This document shows, one piece after another, positions 1 through 9,061 of a stretch of DNA of 64,000 nucleotides. The stretch's first letter is position 1. Each line of letters opens with the position of its first letter. The notes below the pieces were generated by a model. It was not told where the DNA came from. It saw only the letters and a program-made list of their open reading frames with translations, and ran no database searches. A program made the position numbers and the translations under genes. Source of the DNA: a virus; IMG/VR virus record IMGVR_UViG_3300028384_000673, positions 45,352 to 109,351 of that record; one strand, given 5' to 3'.

Positions 1-2
1 GT

Positions 3-602
3 AAGCATAAGCGTTCATGGGTAAAGAATGTATGTGCAGTTGGTCTTTCTAACTGTTTCGTTGAACCTTTGGAGGCAACTGGTTTACTTGTCACACATGA
101 ACAGATTCTGAGATTGTGTAATAACTTGGCAGGGCGTGATGGATATGTTCCTCGTGTTGAAGTTGACATGCTAAACTTAGTATGTGACTTAGAGATTGAT
201 GGGTTCAAGAACTTCATTGCTGCCCATTATGCCTTCTCTCAACATGATACTGCATATTGGCGTCATGTTGCTAACGAGATTGAATATGATTTTGTAAGAG
301 GTGCATTAGATAATCTCTTTATGAGATATGCATCTGAGAAACATGTAATTTATGAATTTGCTGGTGATCCAGCACATAATGATGGTCTGCGTTATATTGC
401 AGCAGGCATGGGATTCAATCCACTAAATAAACATACGTTACATTTGAAACGATTGCAGAATAGTCTTGATCCAAGGGAAGATGAAGAGAACCTCATCATT
501 GCCGAAGAAAGATTTGACGCATGGAACAAAGAGATGTATGATTGGTGCAAGACACTACCGTCTTCGTACCAATATCAGAAAGAAACTATCTACAAGGAGT
601 GA
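3..602 (+). CDS. prnA: Flavin-dependent tryptophan halogenase-like protein (PrnA/RebH family), C-terminal part; gene begins before the window
   Basis: The frame is open from nt 3 and reads KHKRSWVKNVCAVGLSNCFVEPLEATG. This matches the family motif W-x-x-N-x-x-A-x-G-L-S-x-x-F-x-E-P-L-E-(S/A)-T-G and is followed by HYAFSQHDTAYWR. Stop at 602. Confidence 0.85.
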   Translation, partial: KHKRSWVKNVCAVGLSNCFVEPLEATGLLVTHEQILRLCNNLAGRDGYVPRVEVDMLNLVCDLEIDGFKNFIAAHYAFSQHDTAYWRHVANEIEYDFVRGALDNLFMRYASEKHVIYEFAGDPAHNDGLRYIAAGMGFNPLNKHTLHLKRLQNSLDPREDEENLIIAEERFDAWNKEMYDWCKTLPSSYQYQKETIYKE

Positions 603-604
603 TT

Positions 605-1078
605 ATGTCTGATCAAACCGTGTCTGAGGAGGTCCTTGATAACCTTCCCGAACAACCCCCTGAGTTGATTGAAGCAGTTGAATCTGCAAAGGAAGCAATC
701 AAGTCCTTCGACGATCTGTGGAAGAATCTTGCATATCAACATCGTGAAAAGTATGCAGAGTATTCTTCTCTTCAAGAATCTCTCAGTTCTATGAACTTTG
801 ATCGTGCAGAGACTCGTGTTGACTTCACCAGAGTGAATGATCTCCGAGATGAGATTGTCAAACTGGAAGGTGGTCTAGAAACTCTCAATCTGTATCGTGT
901 ATTTGTTCTCGAACAGGATCCAGAACCTTGGGTTCAATCTGAGATTGAAGAGAAGAAAAAGAAGATCAAAGTTAAAACTAATTCCCCTCATAGTAAGAAA
1001 GGTATCGACTACACCAAGTATACTGATTGGGAAGCAGACCAAGCAAAGACTGATGCTAAACTGAATAAAACTGTCTGA
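605..1078 (+). CDS. Hypothetical acidic/coiled-coil protein (157 aa)
   Basis: ATG 605 lies 2 nt after the halogenase stop (the ORF-track start at 542 overlaps it). The stop overlaps the next ATG (TGATG). Confidence 0.7.
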   Translation: MSDQTVSEEVLDNLPEQPPELIEAVESAKEAIKSFDDLWKNLAYQHREKYAEYSSLQESLSSMNFDRAETRVDFTRVNDLRDEIVKLEGGLETLNLYRVFVLEQDPEPWVQSEIEEKKKKIKVKTNSPHSKKGIDYTKYTDWEADQAKTDAKLNKTV

Positions 1079-1749
1079 TGAATCTTGACTATATCTTTCC
1101 CACCCCTGTTTGGTGGGTTGATCTTCCTGAGATTGATCTCAAAAAGATGGAAGAAATTGTCATCAGCGTTGCAGAAAACAATGAGAGTCAATACCGTAGT
1201 AATCGTGGGGGACTGAACTATCAGTCCCCTGATTATATGGGTGAGCAGATTCTTGCTAACGAAGAACTTGATGGTGATGAATTTCAGAAACTTCTAAGAG
1301 TCATCAAAGAGAAGGCAGAACAATCATTCGGAACATATGGGGCAGAGATGTCACATATTGAGTATGCAAATGCATGGATGAACATCAACGGACGTGGTGG
1401 ATATAATGAAGTCCACGTACATCCTGGTGCTGTAATGTCTGGTGTTTTCTATGTTAAAGTACCAGATGGTGAGTGTGGTAAGTTAGTCTTCTATAAAGAT
1501 CATACTGAGGGATATTTGATACATTCCCTTGGTATTGCTGAGGATATGTCTACATCATCTACACCTCATACAGATACTACATTTGAATATCCTCCTTCAC
1601 CTGGTAGACTATTCTTATTCCCTGCTTGGGTTCCTCACGCTGTGCGAGATAATCAAACAGATGATGAGAGAATCAGTATCTCATTCAACTTTGTACCAAT
1701 GAGAAATAGGGAGAACCTTTATAAAACTATCAAGAAAAATGCAGCATGA
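1078..1749 (+). CDS. 2OG-Fe(II) oxygenase, TIGR02466-like phage family
   Basis: NAWMNIN..GGYNEVHVHP..VMSGVFYV, LFLFPAWVPHAV and RISISFN: HxH...H ligands plus RxS. Confidence 0.85.
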   Translation: MNLDYIFPTPVWWVDLPEIDLKKMEEIVISVAENNESQYRSNRGGLNYQSPDYMGEQILANEELDGDEFQKLLRVIKEKAEQSFGTYGAEMSHIEYANAWMNINGRGGYNEVHVHPGAVMSGVFYVKVPDGECGKLVFYKDHTEGYLIHSLGIAEDMSTSSTPHTDTTFEYPPSPGRLFLFPAWVPHAVRDNQTDDERISISFNFVPMRNRENLYKTIKKNAA

Positions 1750-2395
1750 TCTATTCTCAACACCTGTAATCAAGGGACATGTAGAACCTACACAAGAACA
1801 ATATAATGCCTGTATTGCTCTCCTTGATGGGTGTTGGGATAAGTGTAACTCTGGATCTTGGACATTAGAGAGTGGTAAATCAACAGGTGAATTGCCTGGT
1901 GGTTCTATTCTTTATGACCATGAAGAGTTTGATTGGTTGACACATCCAATCATGATTACTGTCAAAGAATACTGGAACTGGACACTACGTTATAGACGAG
2001 ACTGGCACCTTTATATTGATAGTATGTGGTGTAACAAGCATGAGACTGGTGACACTACTGGTGAGCATTGTCATATTGGTGGTGGTCGTAGTAAGTCACA
2101 TGTCAGTGTGGTATATTATTTGAAGAAAGATATTGCAGGTGGTCATCTTCTGTTCAAGAATCCATTAGAACAGATACATCGCATGACACCACTTAATGAT
2201 CCTTATGATACATGGGGTGGTGATGGTAGGTATACACCTTATGACTATCATGTGATGGAAGCAGAGACTTTCGATTACCTAATCTTTCCATCTTGGTTGA
2301 TGCATAAGACACAACCTGCTGTGGGTGACCGTCTTGCTATCAGTATAAATGTAGCAGGATTTCCACATGATATTACTGACGGCGACTTTACATGA
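1739..2395 (+). CDS. 2OG-Fe(II) oxygenase, TIGR02466-like
   Basis: SMWCN..TGEHCH..HVSVVYYL, LIFPSWLMHKT and RLAISIN. Confidence 0.82.
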   Translation: MQHDLFSTPVIKGHVEPTQEQYNACIALLDGCWDKCNSGSWTLESGKSTGELPGGSILYDHEEFDWLTHPIMITVKEYWNWTLRYRRDWHLYIDSMWCNKHETGDTTGEHCHIGGGRSKSHVSVVYYLKKDIAGGHLLFKNPLEQIHRMTPLNDPYDTWGGDGRYTPYDYHVMEAETFDYLIFPSWLMHKTQPAVGDRLAISINVAGFPHDITDGDFT

Positions 2396-3483
2396 ACAGA
2401 TTGCACTTACCATTCTTAAATCCTAATGAGTTCATGTGTGGTGATAAACCACGGGTGTGGCGTAATTGTTTGGAAGATCCCACACAATATGTCAACTGGG
2501 ATACAGTTACTCATTGTTTCAATAATCCATGGTATTATAGAACTCAGATCCTTAATATGGAGGGTCGTCGTTTACTACTACCTGAGAAGTTTGAAGTATG
2601 GTATGAGAAAGGTGTACCACATAAAGAAGAACTATTTGCTGCTATCAATGAAGGACACACGTTCATTATTGAACAGTATGGTCATTACAATGCAGCAGTA
2701 GATAACCTGCTCGATAACATCGAAGCAGTCTACGATTGTAACTGTGACGCTCACATCTTCGGTGCTGCTAAACCTGGTAGCAAGTCATTTGGTGCTCATT
2801 GGGATCTACCACCAAACTTTATTTGTCAGATTGAAGGTGAAACTCACTGGAATGTATACGAAGAAAGATGTAGTAGTCTGATCAAAATGACAGATGAACC
2901 TTATCTACCTGATAAAGCAGGTCAAGTTCTCACTGTTGCATTGGATGTTACATTAGAACCAGGTGATGTAATGTATATTCCTTCTAGAACTTATCACAAA
3001 CCATATCCAGGTGGTAAGCGATTGTCTATGTCTATCCCTTGCATGTATCCCCTTGATGTACCCAGCGACCGCAGACAATATGTTATTGAGTTCGACGACT
3101 ATCAACCTGTTTCACAATACTATGATCTATTTGAATCTGCGTTGAGGTTAATTGCTGATGCTGCTGGTCAAGATTTTTCTGATGTTTATCGGGTCCGTCT
3201 TGGTTGCCTACTACCTGACAAACTAGAACATCACTGTCCACATGTAGATTTTCAGGAGGATCACATCACTGCATTATATTATGTGAATGGTAGTGATGGT
3301 GATACTATCTTCTTTACTGATGAGATGAGTATATTTCAGCGTCAATGTCAGTTGAGAGTGTCACCTGAGCGTGGCAAGATGGTTGTATTTAAGGGTGATG
3401 TATTACATGCATCATCATCGCCCACGAAAGGATATAGGATTGCACTTAATGTTAATTTCAAACCCAGAGTTTCTCAATCCTGA
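2392..3483 (+). CDS. Fusion of a JmjC/cupin-like domain (aa ~1-232) and a 2OG-Fe(II) oxygenase domain (aa ~233-363)
   Basis: N-terminal domain: FGAHWD..NFICQIEG..LEPGDVMYIPSRTYH..RLSMS. C-terminal domain: PHVD..ALYYVNGSDGDT..HASSSP..RIALNVN. Confidence 0.8.
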   Translation: MNRLHLPFLNPNEFMCGDKPRVWRNCLEDPTQYVNWDTVTHCFNNPWYYRTQILNMEGRRLLLPEKFEVWYEKGVPHKEELFAAINEGHTFIIEQYGHYNAAVDNLLDNIEAVYDCNCDAHIFGAAKPGSKSFGAHWDLPPNFICQIEGETHWNVYEERCSSLIKMTDEPYLPDKAGQVLTVALDVTLEPGDVMYIPSRTYHKPYPGGKRLSMSIPCMYPLDVPSDRRQYVIEFDDYQPVSQYYDLFESALRLIADAAGQDFSDVYRVRLGCLLPDKLEHHCPHVDFQEDHITALYYVNGSDGDTIFFTDEMSIFQRQCQLRVSPERGKMVVFKGDVLHASSSPTKGYRIALNVNFKPRVSQS

Positions 3484-4156
3484 GGTATATCAGGCAGACG
3501 ATCGTCCACGAGTGTGGCGTAATGCTGTTGAACCATTTGTTACATGGAAGGACGCCGAAGATGCCCTGAATGCTCCATGGAATCACGTTATCACAGTGAT
3601 TGATGATGATGGTAGACGTATGGATCTAGAACAGGTGGAAGAACCATGGTTTTATATGGGTGTACCAAAGAAGCAAGAACTCTTTGAACTTGCTAATATG
3701 GGTTATACTATTAACATATGTAAATATGGTCATGGTAAACCACAAGTTGATGAACTACTGTCAAAGATTGAAGAGACCTTTGATGGATGCGCTGACTGTC
3801 ATATTTTTATTACTAATGGCGCTGACAATTCGCACCCAAGTTTCAAACCACACTGGGACAAACCAGTCAACTTCATCATACAAATGGATGGAGAAACGAG
3901 GTGGCAAGTATATAACGAACGAGCATCACATCTTATTGAAGGAGAAGATCCTCCCTACACACCAAGTGAGGATGAGTTGACAATAGCAATAGACACTTTA
4001 CTTACGCCTGGGGATGTGCTATACTTCCCTTCTAGGGCATACCACAATACCCTGCACACCAAAGGACCGAGACTTTCATTATCTCTTCCGATTTGGACCC
4101 CTAAAAGGTGTTGCTGTTCTGACAGGAAACGCTACAATCTATTGGTCCACCGTTAA
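3449..4156 (+). CDS. JmjC/cupin-like 2OG oxygenase, paralog of the N-terminal domain of 2392..3483
   Basis: FLNP..PRVWRN start, FKPHWD..NFIIQMDG..LTPGDVLYFPSRAYH..RLSLS. ATG 3449 preferred over 3371. Confidence 0.82.
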   Translation: MLISNPEFLNPEVYQADDRPRVWRNAVEPFVTWKDAEDALNAPWNHVITVIDDDGRRMDLEQVEEPWFYMGVPKKQELFELANMGYTINICKYGHGKPQVDELLSKIEETFDGCADCHIFITNGADNSHPSFKPHWDKPVNFIIQMDGETRWQVYNERASHLIEGEDPPYTPSEDELTIAIDTLLTPGDVLYFPSRAYHNTLHTKGPRLSLSLPIWTPKRCCCSDRKRYNLLVHR

Positions 4157-4177
4157 ATAGTAGTGGTCTCTGCCGCC

Positions 4178-4354
4178 ATGACAATGTTCCTCAAAAGCGC
4201 ATCACTTACCAAAGAACAGAAAGTCCTTCTTCGTCATGCATTATTTTCACTTCAAAAGGATTACTACCGTCAATATGGTGAACTTCCTATTCAAAAGAGG
4301 AAACTAATTGATGATATTGCGTCCACTCTCCATCTCAGGGATGAATATAATTGA
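4178..4354 (+). CDS. Small hypothetical protein
   Basis: Fills the gap between two oxygenase genes with overlapping stop/start; ATG at 4178 or 4184. Confidence 0.6.
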   Translation: MTMFLKSASLTKEQKVLLRHALFSLQKDYYRQYGELPIQKRKLIDDIASTLHLRDEYN

Positions 4355-4838
4355 TAACTTCCTAGATAAGGATTATCATCAACAACTGCTCAGTATACTT
4401 AATGGGTGGGAGTTTCCTTGGTATTATCAAGACACTCTCACTCATGGCAGTCATGCTGTTCAAGCACATGGATTTAATCACTGGTTGACACATGAGGATA
4501 GTCCAGTATTTGGTGACTTAGTTGCATCGATGCAGCAAGTAATCAATGCATCTGAGTGTTTTCGTGTGCGAGCAGATATGACACTATACAACCCTGAGGG
4601 ATACAGACATGAGTTTCATGTTGATAGCGAAGATGCACATATGGTGTGCATCTACTATTGTAATGACTCAGATGGAGATACTATTATTCTTGGCGATCCT
4701 ACCGACAGTCGCTTTCAACGAGTACAACCAAAAGCAAATAGGTTGTTGATATTCAATGGTCAACACATGCACACTGGTCATTCACCCTCACGTCACAAGA
4801 ATAGGATCTTAATTAATGCTAACTTCTCTACCTACTGA
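4341..4838 (+). CDS. 2OG-Fe(II) oxygenase (HxD...H type)
   Basis: MNIIDNFL start, HEFHVD, CIYYCNDSDGDT, HTGHSP and RILINAN. Confidence 0.82.
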   Translation: MNIIDNFLDKDYHQQLLSILNGWEFPWYYQDTLTHGSHAVQAHGFNHWLTHEDSPVFGDLVASMQQVINASECFRVRADMTLYNPEGYRHEFHVDSEDAHMVCIYYCNDSDGDTIILGDPTDSRFQRVQPKANRLLIFNGQHMHTGHSPSRHKNRILINANFSTY

Positions 4839-5427
4839 GGTCATACCACTATTTTCGTCACCAATATATGTGACAGTTGATGATGCTATGCCCAACATTA
4901 TTCCTCAGGTTGAGGAAATGGTGTATCAGAACTTTGCTGGATATAATCTTGGGGCACAAACTACCGAGATGAATGTGTTAGACACTGTGCCAGACTTCAA
5001 GGCATGGTTACAACAACATGTAGATGAATACATGTATGGTGTTCAGTGTATTGATAGACAATCACACACTGGGGAGTTTACATGTTCTTGGGTTAATATG
5101 CATCAGCACATGGAACGTGCTCACGATCATTCACATCGTAACAGTTTGTATAGTGGTGTAGTGTATCTTCAAACACATCCAAATTGTGGTGATATAATGT
5201 TCATGAACCAACACCATCGTCACCTTGATCCTAGACGTGCAGAGGTTAATGTTTACTCTGCTAAATCATGGAGAATCACACCACAAACAGGCATGGTTCT
5301 AATCTTCCCTAGTGAACTTGTTCACTGTGTAGAACCAAACATGGACCACAATCGTAGGTATTCACTAGCATTTAATGTGATGGTGAAGGGTGATTATGGC
5401 AACCCTACATCTTATTTGAGTTTATGA
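4816..5427 (+). CDS. 2OG-Fe(II) oxygenase, TIGR02466-like
   Basis: PLFSSPIY, SWVN..HDHSHRNSLYSGVVYL, LIFPSELVHCV and RYSLAFN. Confidence 0.85.
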   Translation: MLTSLPTEVIPLFSSPIYVTVDDAMPNIIPQVEEMVYQNFAGYNLGAQTTEMNVLDTVPDFKAWLQQHVDEYMYGVQCIDRQSHTGEFTCSWVNMHQHMERAHDHSHRNSLYSGVVYLQTHPNCGDIMFMNQHHRHLDPRRAEVNVYSAKSWRITPQTGMVLIFPSELVHCVEPNMDHNRRYSLAFNVMVKGDYGNPTSYLSL

Positions 5428-5756
5428 GCACTCCCCTCTTTATCTCCGAGTCAGTACCATTGGAAATTAGGAACATTCTAAAAGCAGTACAACCTGGGTG
5501 TCCTGCTAGGTATAAAACATTTGAAGGAACTATTGAGTTTGTATCTGATGAATACATTACTCTCTGTGTGTCTAGTAAACCAAATGAAGATCCATATGCT
5601 AAAACTACACACAATAAGTGTTGTTTATTGGTATATGAGCATCAATGGGATGAACTAGAATTAGATCCTAAGTATTTCCAACACAAGAGAAATTATAGAG
5701 GCAAGACTAACGATCACCCAGGTAACGAAATGCTCCCCGACATGACAGAACGATGA
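5424..5756 (+). CDS. Hypothetical protein (110 aa)
   Basis: ATGA overlap with the upstream stop; continuous ORF in the operon orientation. Confidence 0.7.
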   Translation: MSTPLFISESVPLEIRNILKAVQPGCPARYKTFEGTIEFVSDEYITLCVSSKPNEDPYAKTTHNKCCLLVYEHQWDELELDPKYFQHKRNYRGKTNDHPGNEMLPDMTER

Positions 5757-5832
5757 TTACAGTCAATGAACTGGTACAAGGGGCGCACAGCGTCCCTTTT
5801 TGCTGTATAATTAAGGAAGTTCAGACCACAGC
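5757..5832 (+). promoter_or_regulatory. Early-type promoter element E1 (imperfect palindrome, GCACA box, TATAAT)
   Basis: TTACAG-tcaatgaa-CTGGTAC at 5757-5777, gcgcacag at about 5783, and TATAAT at 5806-5811, 21 nt before the helicase ATG. Confidence 0.6.
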
Positions 5833-7074
5833 ATGACCATCACCCTTCGCCCCCATCAGCAGCGTTCCCTGACTGCTATGCAGAGCGCCCGTAAGGGTCA
5901 GGTCATCGTGCCTACTGGCGGTGGCAAGACCATCATCATGATTCAGCACGCTATGGAACTGCTTGCAGAATCTGCTCGCACCATTGTTGTTGTTGCACCT
6001 CGCATCCTGCTTGCTAACCAACTCTGTGAAGAGTTCATGCAGTTTGTTGATACTAAGAATGTGCATGTTTGTCATGCTCATAGTGGTGAGACTGTGCATT
6101 TCAGCAGCACCAAACCTGCAATGATTGAACTGTTCGCTAACACTGCACGAGCAGCAGGTGAGTCTTGCATTATCTTCACTACCTACCACAGTCTGCCCAA
6201 GGTTGTTGATGCTGGCATTGACATCGATTGTGCATACTTTGACGAGGCACATAACAGCGTTGCTAAGCAGTTCTTCATCGGCACTGCTGCTACATCTTAT
6301 GTGGCAGATCGTACCTATTTCTTTACTGCTACTCCTCGCATCTCTCGTCGTCATGATCGTAGCATGAACAACACTGAGGTTTATGGTAGTGTTATCTGCA
6401 ATGTTCCTGCTCCTGAGTTGATCGAGCAGGGTCACATTCTGCGTCCTACTATTGTTCCTTTCGAGACTGAGAATACTCGTAACAAGGTCAATGCTCACGA
6501 TGTTGATGCTGACACTGTGCGTGATATTGTTGACAATCTCGATGAACAGTCTGCTAGCAAGATCCTTGTCGCTGTGCCATCTTCTCGTGTGCTCGGTAAC
6601 ATGATCTCCAAGACTACTCTCCTGCATGATCTCAAAGAGCGTGGTTATTCTGTCATGCACGTTACCTCTAAGTTCGGTGCAATCATCGACGGTCAGAAAG
6701 TATCTCGTGAGACTTTCTTCAACACTCTCACTCAATGGGGCATGGAGAAAGGTCGTAAGTTTATTGTCTTCCACTACTCTATTCTGAGCGAAGGTATCAA
6801 CGTCCCTGGTTTGACTCATTGTATCCTTCTGCGTAATCTTAACGTGGTTGAGATGGCACAGACCATCGGTCGTGTGATTCGTCTAGATAAGGATGACGCT
6901 GCACGTTTGCAGTCTGGTGATCTCAAACCCCAGCAGTGGGGTTTCTACAACAAACCGACTGGTTTCGTTACTGTTCCTGTCCACAAGACTTATGGTGCTC
7001 ATGTTATCAAGCGTCTGCAAAATGTCGTTGAGTGCATCTTTGTCAAGGGCATCCCTCCTCTCTCCCTGGTTTGA
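5833..7074 (+). CDS. Superfamily 2 DEAD/DEAH-box helicase (ResIII/UvsW-like)
   Basis: Q-motif LRPHQ, Walker A PTGGGKT, DEAH, TAT, SEGINVP and QTIGRVIR. Confidence 0.9.
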   Translation: MTITLRPHQQRSLTAMQSARKGQVIVPTGGGKTIIMIQHAMELLAESARTIVVVAPRILLANQLCEEFMQFVDTKNVHVCHAHSGETVHFSSTKPAMIELFANTARAAGESCIIFTTYHSLPKVVDAGIDIDCAYFDEAHNSVAKQFFIGTAATSYVADRTYFFTATPRISRRHDRSMNNTEVYGSVICNVPAPELIEQGHILRPTIVPFETENTRNKVNAHDVDADTVRDIVDNLDEQSASKILVAVPSSRVLGNMISKTTLLHDLKERGYSVMHVTSKFGAIIDGQKVSRETFFNTLTQWGMEKGRKFIVFHYSILSEGINVPGLTHCILLRNLNVVEMAQTIGRVIRLDKDDAARLQSGDLKPQQWGFYNKPTGFVTVPVHKTYGAHVIKRLQNVVECIFVKGIPPLSLV

Positions 7075-7076
7075 TT

Positions 7077-7670
7077 ATGGGTCAAGTTTGTACTTTATTT
7101 CCTAAGTTCTACTATCATGGTGAGGTAGAGTCTCACGCATATCTCAAACAGTTATTCCTAACTGAATTGTGTGAGGCACGACTATCACAACCATCTGAGT
7201 GGAACTGTACTCTGCAATCATCTTTTGAAAGTAACACCAATGAGACAGACTTCTCATGGGATGTGTTTAAGAGGGCGATTGAACCCAATTTAATTGAGAT
7301 GCATGAGCAACTGGGTGGAAACCCCCAAGCATCGATTAAAATGCTGGAAAGTTGGATAAATGTATACATGAAGGGTGATTCGCAAGAAGTGCATACACAT
7401 TGTGGTGGAAGTAATCCCACATTTAGTTGTGCTTACTTCATGCAATATGATCCTGATGTAGATGCTAAGTTCATCTTCTATGATCCGTCACAAGAGAAGC
7501 ATTTGGGTGAGTTTAGTGGATACTACAACTGTCTCAATACTTGGTTTCCTGATGTGAAAGAAGGTGATATAATTATTTTCCCATCATACATACAACATCA
7601 GGTAGATGTGCAACGTGAACAGAGTGAGCGCATCACTATTAGTGCAAACTTTAAGGTAATGAGAGAATGA
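7077..7670 (+). CDS. 2OG-Fe(II) oxygenase, TIGR02466-like
   Basis: LFPKFYY, ESWINVY..QEVHTH..FSCAYF, IIIFPSYIQHQV and RITISAN. ATG 7077 lies 2 nt after the helicase stop. Confidence 0.85.
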   Translation: MGQVCTLFPKFYYHGEVESHAYLKQLFLTELCEARLSQPSEWNCTLQSSFESNTNETDFSWDVFKRAIEPNLIEMHEQLGGNPQASIKMLESWINVYMKGDSQEVHTHCGGSNPTFSCAYFMQYDPDVDAKFIFYDPSQEKHLGEFSGYYNCLNTWFPDVKEGDIIIFPSYIQHQVDVQREQSERITISANFKVMRE

Positions 7671-8200
7671 GTCATCCCTACGGTACAGAAGTAAGAGTTA
7701 TTGATAACTACTTTCCTGATTGGTTAGTAGATAGTTTTGGAACATGGTTGGTAGAGTATTGTCCATTGTTCTACAACAATACACCTTACGGTGACTACAA
7801 CAAGGCACGATTCTTCGGTAACACTGTTATTAGAAACAATGAATTCACTGACACTACGCCGTGGCATTACTTTTATGCTTACCTCAATGAGTGCATTATG
7901 CATGATATTTGTAAAGATTTGCCTTTGTCTCATATTCACCGTGTACTTGTTAATGCTCAATGTCCTGGTCAAACTTCACAGACTCATACTGACCATGACA
8001 TCGAGGCAACATCTATCATTTACCATGCTTATGGGAAGTCTGGTGCTACAACATTTAAGACTGGCGAGAAAGTTCAATTTAAGAAAGGTAGATTGGTATT
8101 ATTTGACTCGTTTTTAGAGCATGATGGTGAACCACCTAACGAAGATATTCGTATCTCATTAGGTATCATTGCACCACACAAGGGTGTCCACTTGTCCTAG
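7667..8200 (+). CDS. 2OG-Fe(II) oxygenase (prolyl-hydroxylase-like, HxD...H)
   Basis: VIDNYF, HTDHD, GRLVLFDSFLEHDG and RISL. Confidence 0.8.
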   Translation: MSHPYGTEVRVIDNYFPDWLVDSFGTWLVEYCPLFYNNTPYGDYNKARFFGNTVIRNNEFTDTTPWHYFYAYLNECIMHDICKDLPLSHIHRVLVNAQCPGQTSQTHTDHDIEATSIIYHAYGKSGATTFKTGEKVQFKKGRLVLFDSFLEHDGEPPNEDIRISLGIIAPHKGVHLS

Positions 8201-8263
8201 TGGCACACTAAATAGGCACAGGGTCCAATCTCGTGTATTCTATAAGAGTCAAAGGAACACACC
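8184..8263 (+). promoter_or_regulatory. Early-type promoter element E2
   Basis: GTGTCCAC-ttgtccta-GTGGCACAC, then TAGGCA-N17-TATTCT (8236-8241), followed by ataagagtcaaag. Confidence 0.7.
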
Positions 8264-8470
8264 ATGCTCTTCAAAGGTCCAAACGGTCGCACTTGCTCCA
8301 CTCTCAGCGGTCCTGAAATCCTCGCACTGTCTAACACTGATGACTTCATTGAAAACACCAAAATTGTTGCTGAAAAGACTGGTTCGCTGGACCTCTGGCG
8401 TGAAATGTTCGGTGATGATGATGGGAGAGGACAAGACTCTGCCTTTATGGATGACAACTTCGGAGGGTAA
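8264..8470 (+). CDS. Small hypothetical protein (68 aa), first gene after E2
   Basis: The ATG directly follows the promoter element. Confidence 0.65.
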   Translation: MLFKGPNGRTCSTLSGPEILALSNTDDFIENTKIVAEKTGSLDLWREMFGDDDGRGQDSAFMDDNFGG

Positions 8471-8482
8471 TTTCGACGACTA

Positions 8483-8638
8483 ATGCATAACATTCAACCA
8501 TCAAAGTATACTTACGAGGAACTAATAGAGCAGTCTCGTGCTATTCTTAGAAAGCGAGATGATGTTCCTTCGACTAGATCTTTCCTTTGGTCATCTTCTG
8601 ATGGTAAGTGGATCCCTAACCCTGAATTAAATCAATGA
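8483..8638 (+). CDS. Small hypothetical protein (51 aa, MHNIQPSKYTYEEL...)
   Basis: Read manually, as it is below the track cutoff. The stop overlaps the next ATG (ATGA 8635-8638). Confidence 0.55.
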   Translation: MHNIQPSKYTYEELIEQSRAILRKRDDVPSTRSFLWSSSDGKWIPNPELNQ

Positions 8639-8835
8639 CTGGTCTGCCACAATTCTTCAAACAAACATGTGATAAACCATACAATCGACATAGATACAAA
8701 ATATTCTGTGCCGACAATAGTGTAAAGGTTGTTGATGACTACATGCAAGTCATGGAGGCATGGTGGAACTATCCACAGTATTGTATTACTGTTGATGTTA
8801 TCGATCAAAAGACAAAAGGAGGAGGATTCGCATGA
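8635..8835 (+). CDS. Small hypothetical protein (66 aa)
   Basis: Coupled start/stop overlaps on both sides. Confidence 0.65.
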   Translation: MTGLPQFFKQTCDKPYNRHRYKIFCADNSVKVVDDYMQVMEAWWNYPQYCITVDVIDQKTKGGGFA

Positions 8836-9029
8836 GTATTGATGTTCGTACAAATGAGTGTTACCACATCGAAAAAGCGAAGCGTCATGTTCTAGAATTG
8901 AAGAGCATGGTATCACAGTTAAAGCATCAATCTTATGTTGATGGATTGATTGATTCCCTATATAATGAACTTGAATACCAACATGATGTGCTCCGATCCC
9001 CACACTTGTCCCAGTTGGATTCAGAGTAA
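8832..9029 (+). CDS. Small hypothetical protein (65 aa)
   Basis: ATGA overlap with the upstream gene. Confidence 0.6.
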   Translation: MSIDVRTNECYHIEKAKRHVLELKSMVSQLKHQSYVDGLIDSLYNELEYQHDVLRSPHLSQLDSE

Positions 9030-9061
9030 CATTGACATCCTGAACCTCGTCGATTTATCCA

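Noticed and set aside
5821-6819. 332-aa minus-strand ORF, and other long antisense ORFs such as 36575..37855, 56050..57291, 25763..26560 and 60053..60988
   Set aside because: These are shadows of strongly codon-biased + strand genes. They have no recognisable motifs, are Ser/Thr/Ile-rich, and lie fully inside confident CDSs.
9032-9061. TTGACA upstream of the lysozyme-like gene as a promoter
   Set aside because: There is no acceptable -10 box at 16-18 bp spacing.
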